From Bacteroidia bacterium (GTDB lineage Bacteria > Bacteroidota > Bacteroidia > B-17B0 > Aurantibacillaceae), in the NCBI GenBank assembly GCA_050186555.1, contig JBFWYJ010000001.1, positions 1-35,019 of the forward strand: a DNA stretch of 35,019 bases, read 5' to 3'. A model generated the notes under the pieces. That model was not told where the DNA came from and did not search any database. It saw only the letters and a list, made by a program, of their open reading frames with translations. The position numbers and the translations under genes were made by a program. Below, piece after piece: positions 25,001-32,186 of this stretch. Positions within the stretch are counted from its first letter, which is position 1; the number at the start of each line of letters is the position of its first letter.

Positions 25001-25999
25001 GTTTGTTGGCAGTACAATGTTGGAATGGCCGGTATGCTTCTCATTAATAATATCTAAAACCATACTCGCTGCATTTTGCCCGATAGATTCTATAGGTTGA
25101 GAAACTGAAAGCACAGGCTTATCAATTAAGTTAAATAACTCCACATCATCGAAACAAGCTAAGCGGGCTTTATCATAGGCAGTCCTTATTTCCTTATTTT
25201 CTTTAATCGCCTTGAGAACTGCAATGGCAATATGATTATTCAGTGAATAAATTGCATCTACCTTTTGCTTTTTAGCAAGCATAGATTTCAATGCACTAAC
25301 TACATCGTCATAGATGTTATTGAAGTCAATATTTACAATATAATCTTTGTCTAGTTGCAATTTGTTTTTTTGAAGCGCTCCTTTGTACCCATTTAAACGA
25401 TCTTCAATTGTACTGATATATGCAGGAGAAATGCTTAAACATAAAATATTCTTTTTGCCTTCTTGAATAATTTTGTTTACTAATTCCATCGAACCTCCAT
25501 AGTTATCAATTACAATATAATTGGCATTGAATAATGGAATAACACGGTCAATAAAAACAATTGGTGTTTTGCTAAATCTTGGAGCGCTGTAGAATTCTGA
25601 ATTATCACACGATGATGCAATGATTAAACCATCAACTCCTTGCTGATTAACCATCATGTCTAATAATTTCTTTTCTTTCTCTACATTTTCCTCTGTGCTA
25701 CATACCATAACGTTATAGCCTTTAGAAAACAAACTTTTCTCAACGCTTTTTGCTATTCTGGAATAAAACGGATTTGAAATATCCGCAACAATCAATCCTA
25801 TAAAGAAGCTTTTACCTGTTCTAAGCGCACGTGCAAATTTATTCGGCGAATAATTTAACTTAGCTACAGCATCTAAGACAGCTGCCTGTGTTTTTTTACT
25901 TATTCCGTATTGATTGCCCTTTCCATTGAGCACCATTGATATCAAGGTTTTCGAATAGCCTAACTCTCTTGATAAATCTTCTAATTGTAACCTCTTCAT
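24986..25999 (-). CDS. LacI family transcriptional regulator
   Basis: N-terminal HTH LEDLSRELGYSKTLISMVLNG, hinge YSPNKFARALR, IGLIVADISNPFY, and a periplasmic-binding-fold sensor domain. Confidence 0.93.
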   Translation of the reverse strand: MKRLQLEDLSRELGYSKTLISMVLNGKGNQYGISKKTQAAVLDAVAKLNYSPNKFARALRTGKSFFIGLIVADISNPFYSRIAKSVEKSLFSKGYNVMVCSTEENVEKEKKLLDMMVNQQGVDGLIIASSCDNSEFYSAPRFSKTPIVFIDRVIPLFNANYIVIDNYGGSMELVNKIIQEGKKNILCLSISPAYISTIEDRLNGYKGALQKNKLQLDKDYIVNIDFNNIYDDVVSALKSMLAKKQKVDAIYSLNNHIAIAVLKAIKENKEIRTAYDKARLACFDDVELFNLIDKPVLSVSQPIESIGQNAASMVLDIINEKHTGHSNIVLPTNLINR

Positions 26000-26070
26000 C
26001 TTTCCCTAAATTAACAGATTTGACTTAATATTTAGATTTTACTTATAAGTTCCGATAAAGTTGCTTAATA

Positions 26071-26126
26071 TTAAATGGTTTTAGACGAATTAATATAAAT
26101 CATAGCTTAACCTTAAATGGATTTAG
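26071..26126. promoter_or_regulatory. Two candidate LacI-family operator sites
   Basis: TTAAATGGTTTTAG (26071-26084) and TTAAATGGATTTAG (26113-26126): 13 of 14 positions identical, 42 bp apart. Confidence 0.5.
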
Positions 26127-26214
26127 TTATGCTTTTCCACATTTTAGTCTTTTTTTAACATTTAAGTTTAGATGCCTGCAAAAATTGTAAGTTCGTTACT
26201 CAATTTTAAAACCC

Positions 26215-27471
26215 ATGCTTGTATCAGATTTAGCGGAAAATATCATTGGCTCAGAAATTATTAAATTAGCCGGAGAGGTAAATAAGAAAATTCAAGAAGG
26301 TCAGAAAATCTATAACCTTACTATTGGAGATTTTAGTCCGAAAGAATTTCCAATTCCAACTGAATTAACAGACTATATTAAACAGGCTTATTCGGAGGGA
26401 CATACGAATTATCCTCCTGCTAATGGTATTCAAGACTTAAGAGATGCGGTTTCTAATTTACTTGATAAAAGATGCCAGCTAAGCTATTCATCTGATGATA
26501 TACTAATTTCAGGAGGCGCACGCCCTTTGATTTATGCAGTATACAGAACTTTGGTTAACCCCGGAGAAAAAGTAATTTATGCTGTGCCATCCTGGAACAA
26601 CAACCATTATAGTTATTTAGAAGGTGCCGTGCCTGTTGAAATTCTCGCTACTCCCGAAAACAACTTTATGCCTTCTCCTGCTGATATTGAACCTCATCTT
26701 AAAGATGCTGCCTTGTTGGCTTTGTGTTCTCCTCAAAACCCAACAGGAACAACCTTTACTAAAGAGGCGCTATCTCAAATATGTGAAATGGTAGTTAAAG
26801 AAAATCATTCGCGAAGTTCAGAAAGGAAACCGCTTTATGTAATGTATGACCAAATATATTGGGAACTTACTTATAATAACATTGAACATGTGAATCCTGT
26901 TACGCTTAATCCTGAAATGAAAAAGTACACCATTTTTGTTGATGGCATCTCTAAATCTCTTGCTGCAACAGGCGTGCGTGTAGGCTGGAGTTTTGGTCCT
27001 AATAAAGTAATTGCGAAAATGCGTGCCATTCTCTCGCACATAGGTGCCTGGGCACCAAAAGCTGAACAGGTTGCAACAGCAAAATTTCTTCAAAATGAAC
27101 AGGCATACGTTACATTTATCGAACAGCAAAGGCAACGTGTTTTGACCAGATTAAATGGGTTTTACCAAGGCTTTGTAGAACTCAAGAAAGAGGGCTTTGA
27201 TGTAACTGCAGTTGCGCCACAAGCGGCTATATATCTTACTGTTCAGTTTAATTTAATTGGTAAAACTACTTCTCTTGGCAAATTGTTAGCAAACACGAAA
27301 GACGTAACGGCTTATTTATTGAATGAAGCTAAGGTGGCTATAGTTCCTTTTTATGCTTTCGGCACAAGCCCTGAGTCTACATGGTATCGACTGTCTGTTG
27401 GCACCTGCAGTGAAGCTGATGTTAAGGAAATTATAAACAACCTTAGAAATGCCCTAAGCCTCCTGAAATAA
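26215..27471 (+). CDS. Class I/II PLP aminotransferase (aspartate aminotransferase-like)
   Basis: YPPANG, SPQNPTG, YDQIY, DGISKSLAATGVRVGW (PLP lysine) and WYRLS motifs. Confidence 0.92.
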   Translation: MLVSDLAENIIGSEIIKLAGEVNKKIQEGQKIYNLTIGDFSPKEFPIPTELTDYIKQAYSEGHTNYPPANGIQDLRDAVSNLLDKRCQLSYSSDDILISGGARPLIYAVYRTLVNPGEKVIYAVPSWNNNHYSYLEGAVPVEILATPENNFMPSPADIEPHLKDAALLALCSPQNPTGTTFTKEALSQICEMVVKENHSRSSERKPLYVMYDQIYWELTYNNIEHVNPVTLNPEMKKYTIFVDGISKSLAATGVRVGWSFGPNKVIAKMRAILSHIGAWAPKAEQVATAKFLQNEQAYVTFIEQQRQRVLTRLNGFYQGFVELKKEGFDVTAVAPQAAIYLTVQFNLIGKTTSLGKLLANTKDVTAYLLNEAKVAIVPFYAFGTSPESTWYRLSVGTCSEADVKEIINNLRNALSLLK

Positions 27472-27483
27472 TTATTTTATTTA

Positions 27484-27491
27484 TACCTTTA
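27484..27491 (+). promoter_or_regulatory. Candidate -7 promoter box for ferritin
   Basis: TACCTTTA 12 nt before the ATG. Confidence 0.45.
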
Positions 27492-27503
27492 CAAAAAGAA
27501 TTT

Positions 27504-28025
27504 ATGTTAACATCTAAAGTAAGCAATGCGCTAAACAAGCAAATAGAATTAGAAGCGTCTTCCTCTCAATATTATTTAGCAATGGCCAGTTGGGCTGAAA
27601 CCCAAGGTTTAAATGGCATATCATCTTTCTTGTACGAACATGCTGATGAAGAAAGAATGCACATGTTGAAATTGATTAAGTTTGTTAATGAGCGCGGAGG
27701 ACATGGTATTGTTCCGGCACTTAAACAACCTCCTGTTACATTCAAGTCAGTAAAGTCTGTTTTTGAAGAAGTTCTTAAGCACGAAATAAAAGTTACTTCT
27801 GAAATCAATAGTTTAGTTGAAATTACTTTAAAGGAAAAAGATTACACAACTCATAATTTCCTTCAATGGTATGTTAGTGAACAAATTGAAGAGGAAGCAT
27901 TAGCCAGACAGATAGTTGACAAACTAAAACTAATTGGCGATGATAAGGGTGGTTTGTATTTCTTTGACAGAGATCTAGAGTCACTTGCCGGCCAGCCAGC
28001 AAAAACAAGTAATACAGCGAAATAA
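27504..28025 (+). CDS. ftnA: Non-heme ferritin
   Basis: LNKQIELE, YLAMASW, DEERMH, HE and FLQWYVSEQIEEE ferroxidase motifs. Confidence 0.93.
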   Translation: MLTSKVSNALNKQIELEASSSQYYLAMASWAETQGLNGISSFLYEHADEERMHMLKLIKFVNERGGHGIVPALKQPPVTFKSVKSVFEEVLKHEIKVTSEINSLVEITLKEKDYTTHNFLQWYVSEQIEEEALARQIVDKLKLIGDDKGGLYFFDRDLESLAGQPAKTSNTAK

Positions 28026-28029
28026 AAAA

Positions 28030-28467
28030 TCATCTAATTGATTGTTTTTCGTCAACAGGAATTCTTTTCTTTAAATAAAATTTTCCTGCTTTTAACGTTC
28101 CCTTTACATGAATGCTGCCTGATGCGCCACGTGTAACTAGTTTAGTGATGTCCATCAAATTCAAATTATCGAAGCTGCTTTTTAATCGAAAATCGTAATC
28201 CTTTTTTGCTTTAGCGTCAATATGCACACGGCGTTTCAATTTAGCTGTTCCTAAATTCACGCCTCCTAGTTCTACTTCAAATTGACTTGGGTAAATTGAA
28301 AAACCAATATCATTTGGGTTCTTAATAGTTAGAGCAATGTCAGCTTCAATTCCCTTCATGTTCAACGAACGAACCTTAAAGCCAGCTACACCTAAACACT
28401 CAGGTTCTTTGAAGCTTTTACAAGAAACCAAACATAAAACAAATACAAAAGCAATTACTTTGTACAT
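28030..28467 (-). CDS. LEA type 2 (WHy domain) lipoprotein
   Basis: Lipobox LVSC, IKNPN motif and beta-strand pattern. Confidence 0.8.
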   Translation of the reverse strand: MYKVIAFVFVLCLVSCKSFKEPECLGVAGFKVRSLNMKGIEADIALTIKNPNDIGFSIYPSQFEVELGGVNLGTAKLKRRVHIDAKAKKDYDFRLKSSFDNLNLMDITKLVTRGASGSIHVKGTLKAGKFYLKKRIPVDEKQSIR

Positions 28468-28470
28468 GTC

Positions 28471-29862
28471 CTAACTTAATTTAGCAAAGTGCTTATAAAA
28501 CAAAGGAATTGTTTCGATGCCTTTATAGTAATTGAATAAACCGTAATGTTCGTTTGGCGAATGTAATGCATCGCTATCTAATCCAAAACCAAACAAAATA
28601 CTATCCATGCCTAATATCTCTTTAAACATCGCAACTATAGGAATGCTGCCACCGCCTCTGGTAGGGATTGGTTTTTTTCCGTAAGTTTCTTCCATCGCTT
28701 TACTCGCTGCAATGTATGCCGGATTATCAGGACTTACAACAAATGGCTCTCCACCATGATGTGGTTTCACTGAAACTTTTACTCCTTTTGGAGCTATAGA
28801 TTCAAAATAGGTTTGAAACAACTTGCCAATTTTATCAGAGTTTTGATTAGGCACCAAGCGCATACTAATCTTAGCGTTTGCTTTACTTGGCAAAACAGTT
28901 TTAGCTCCTTCGCCAATGTAGCCACCCCAAATGCCATTCACGTCCAATGTTGGTCGAATACCCGTTCTTTCAGTTGTAGTATACCCTTTCTCACCGTAAA
29001 CATCTTCTATATCTAGATCGCTTTTAAACTCGTTTATATCAAAAGGCGCTTTAGCTAATTCTTTTCTGTAAGCATCTGAATAATTTTCTACGTCATCGTA
29101 AAATCCCGGAATTGTGATATGATTGTTTTCATCATGACAAGATGCAATCATTTTACATAAAATGTTAATCGGGTTGGCCACTCCTCCTCCATAAACACCG
29201 CTGTGTAAATCTCTATTTGGACCAATAACCTCAACTTCCATATATGCCAAACCACGCAAACCCGTGTCAATACTTGGCATGTCATTAGCCAATAAAGATG
29301 TATCAGAAATTAAAAATATATCCCCGCTTACTTTATCCTTATTTTCTTTTATCCAAGGACCCAAACTTGGCGAACCAACTTCCTCTTCTCCTTCAATCAT
29401 AAATTTGACGTTACAAGGCAAAGTGTTTGTTTTCATCATGATTTCAAATGCCTTAACATGCATATACATTTGTCCTTTGTCATCACAAGAACCTCTTGCA
29501 AAAATTGCTCCGTCAGGGTGTATTTTTGTCTTCTTTACAACGGGCTCAAAAGGTGGTGAATCCCACAACTCAAGCGGGTCTGCTGGTTGTACATCATAAT
29601 GCCCGTAAACTACAACCGTTGGTTTAGAAGGGTCAATTATTTTCTCACCGTAAACAACAGGAAATCCTTCTGTTTTGCAAATTTCTACATTGTCTGCACC
29701 AGCCTCTACTAATCTATTCTTTACAACCTCTGCAGTAGCGAAAACGTCCTTCTCATATTTTGTATCAGCCGAAACAGAAGGAATTTTCAATAATTCCAAC
29801 AGCTCGTTTAACATTCTTTCTTTGTTTTGGCCTATATATTCAGTAATTGTGCTTCTTTCCAT
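28471..29862 (-). CDS. M20 family dipeptidase (CNDP/Dug1-like)
   Basis: YGHYDVQP, ARGSCDDKGQ, EGEEEVGS, DLHSG, GGSIP and HSPNE motifs. Confidence 0.93.
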   Translation of the reverse strand: MERSTITEYIGQNKERMLNELLELLKIPSVSADTKYEKDVFATAEVVKNRLVEAGADNVEICKTEGFPVVYGEKIIDPSKPTVVVYGHYDVQPADPLELWDSPPFEPVVKKTKIHPDGAIFARGSCDDKGQMYMHVKAFEIMMKTNTLPCNVKFMIEGEEEVGSPSLGPWIKENKDKVSGDIFLISDTSLLANDMPSIDTGLRGLAYMEVEVIGPNRDLHSGVYGGGVANPINILCKMIASCHDENNHITIPGFYDDVENYSDAYRKELAKAPFDINEFKSDLDIEDVYGEKGYTTTERTGIRPTLDVNGIWGGYIGEGAKTVLPSKANAKISMRLVPNQNSDKIGKLFQTYFESIAPKGVKVSVKPHHGGEPFVVSPDNPAYIAASKAMEETYGKKPIPTRGGGSIPIVAMFKEILGMDSILFGFGLDSDALHSPNEHYGLFNYYKGIETIPLFYKHFAKLS

Positions 29863-29919
29863 ACCTAATTCAATTCAAATAAGTCGTAAATTTAACTTAT
29901 TAATTGCTTTTTCAAAAGA

Positions 29920-31500
29920 ATGAAATTATTTAATTGGATTTTCTTTGTTTTCGCGGCTTCCAGTGCAACTTCTCAATCAGTTTTCAAACAAATAAAAATA
30001 AGTGATGTTTCTGACCCTGAAGAAGTATCTATTGCAATTAATCCAAAAAATCCCGCAGAAATAATTGGCGGCGCTAATTTGGCAAGCTTGTATAAAAGCA
30101 ATGATTCCGGAAGAACCTGGAGCAGACAAGTTTTGAAGTGTCCTGCCTATAATGTATACGGCGATCCATTCGTCTTTTGGGATACTTTAGAGAATGCATA
30201 CTATATGCATCTTTCATTTCCCTTTCCAAAAATCACGCCTGACGGTTCGTGGGTAGATAGAATTGTTTTAAATAAATCAACGGATCATGGCGCTACTTTT
30301 CCATCCTGTGTTGGCTTTGGTAAATCAAATAAAAAAGTTCAGGACAAGCATTGGGCGGTAGTTGACCCTAAAACAAATTATATTCATACTACATGGACGC
30401 AATTTGATAAATATGAAAGCCAGAATCCGCAAGACTCTTCTATTATCAGATACAGCTGCTCTAAGGACATGGGAGAGACATGGTCTGAGCCAATAAGAAT
30501 AAATTTTTATCCCGGTGATTGTTTAGACGGTGATAATACTGTTGAAGGCGCAGTACCTTGTGTTGGTCCAAATAGTGAATTGTATGTGGCATGGGCTGGA
30601 CCTAAAGGCCTGGTGTTTAATCGTTCCTTGGATACCGGTAAGACATGGCTTAATAAAGAAATAATTATTGATTCCATTTATGGAGGATGGGAATACGAAG
30701 TGGAAGGAATTTTTAGAGCAAATGGCCTGCCCTTTACGGCGTGCGATCTAAGCAAGGGGCCGCACAGAGGAAGAATCTATGTTTGCTGGAGCGACGAAAA
30801 ACACGGTAAAAAAAACAAGGATGTATTTATTAGTTATAGTGATGATGGCGGAGAAACCTGGTGTGATAGAATATTAATTACCTATCACCCGAATCACAAA
30901 GAACAATTCATGCCGTTTATGACAATCGACCAATCAACAGGCTACATCTATGTTTTATATTATGACAGGAAAAACAATCCTGATGATAATTTAACTGAAG
31001 TTTGCTTGTCTGTCAGTCGAAATGGTGGTAAAACTTTTAATCATCATACAATAACAGAAAAGCCTTTTCCTACATTTAAGAGTGTTTTTTTTGGTGATTA
31101 TATTGGGTTATCTGCTGTAAATGGCATTATTCGTCCGGCCTGGATGGAAACTGATGCATCAAAAAAGCTTTCCGTTTATACTTCTTTATTAACTGATTCT
31201 TTACTATTAGGCCAAATCCCTGTAAAGCCAAAATTCTTTGGTAAAGAACAAACAATAATATTTTCAAATAAGGTTAAGGTTCCGATAAACATAGATAATA
31301 ATGACTTGATAACGGCGGTTTTATATGACCCTATGGACAGTAGTTTTAGCCGAACCATCGTTGATAATAAAAAAGCATCATCAATTAAAAAATTAGTTGA
31401 AGTCGACTTTAAAAAACTTAAGCTGCCAAACAAAACTTATGTCTTGATGTTATACAATAACAACCAACAGGATTACGCTTGGATCTATAAACACGATTGA
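29920..31500 (+). CDS. Secreted BNR/Asp-box (sialidase-fold) beta-propeller protein
   Basis: Signal peptide ATS|Q. Six Asp-box-like repeats: SNDSGRTW, STDHGATF, SKDMGETW, SLDTGKTW, SDDGGETW and SRNGGKTF. Confidence 0.85.
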   Translation: MKLFNWIFFVFAASSATSQSVFKQIKISDVSDPEEVSIAINPKNPAEIIGGANLASLYKSNDSGRTWSRQVLKCPAYNVYGDPFVFWDTLENAYYMHLSFPFPKITPDGSWVDRIVLNKSTDHGATFPSCVGFGKSNKKVQDKHWAVVDPKTNYIHTTWTQFDKYESQNPQDSSIIRYSCSKDMGETWSEPIRINFYPGDCLDGDNTVEGAVPCVGPNSELYVAWAGPKGLVFNRSLDTGKTWLNKEIIIDSIYGGWEYEVEGIFRANGLPFTACDLSKGPHRGRIYVCWSDEKHGKKNKDVFISYSDDGGETWCDRILITYHPNHKEQFMPFMTIDQSTGYIYVLYYDRKNNPDDNLTEVCLSVSRNGGKTFNHHTITEKPFPTFKSVFFGDYIGLSAVNGIIRPAWMETDASKKLSVYTSLLTDSLLLGQIPVKPKFFGKEQTIIFSNKVKVPINIDNNDLITAVLYDPMDSSFSRTIVDNKKASSIKKLVEVDFKKLKLPNKTYVLMLYNNNQQDYAWIYKHD

Positions 31501-32120
31501 AAAGGCTACTGATATACTTATTCATTACAATTAACTTGTCTGTATTTGGGCAACGTCTGGCTAATATATCATTGAGTCCTGTTAGCAGCCAAAACCAAAC
31601 CGGCACAAATGTTTTGGTACGATTTAGCATTCTACCGGGTATAGCTTGCCCCGGCTATGAAATTCTTCACAGTACAGATTCATTAAACTTTTATCCCGTT
31701 TATTCTTTTTCCGGTATTTGCGGAAATCAATCTAGTGAAGAAACGCATGATTACCTACACGTTAATCCTCTACAAAACACAATAAATTATTATCGGGTAA
31801 GCATTCCCGGTTATGAAACTTCTAAAACCCATCGGATATATGTTGGCGAAAATGCAGGGAAACCTTCCATTTTGCTATATCCTAATCCACTAAGCAATTA
31901 CCAAAGTTTTGTTTCATTTAAAATCAACAATTATGTTACCAACTATTTAGAAGGTTTTATTATCAGTCAAAATGGTCAAAAAAGCGAGCGCTTATACCTG
32001 ACGATTAATCAAGATTACGGGCAATTTCCTGTCGACGATATTGAAGATGGTTTGTATTTTATTTGGTTAACCGATGGTAAAGTGGCTCTTCAGGCAAAAT
32101 TTATTGTTAAACGTTTGTAG
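31497..32120 (+). CDS. Small T9SS cargo protein (type A C-terminal sorting domain)
   Basis: Signal peptide VFG|Q. C-terminal LYPNP ... GLYFIWL ... KFIVK pattern. The TTG start overlaps the upstream stop. Confidence 0.8.
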   Translation: MKRLLIYLFITINLSVFGQRLANISLSPVSSQNQTGTNVLVRFSILPGIACPGYEILHSTDSLNFYPVYSFSGICGNQSSEETHDYLHVNPLQNTINYYRVSIPGYETSKTHRIYVGENAGKPSILLYPNPLSNYQSFVSFKINNYVTNYLEGFIISQNGQKSERLYLTINQDYGQFPVDDIEDGLYFIWLTDGKVALQAKFIVKRL

Positions 32121-32186
32121 AATTTACTTGTTTTTTTGATGAAAACCCAATTTGTGTTACCTTTATAAGTCACGCCAGTGAACTTA

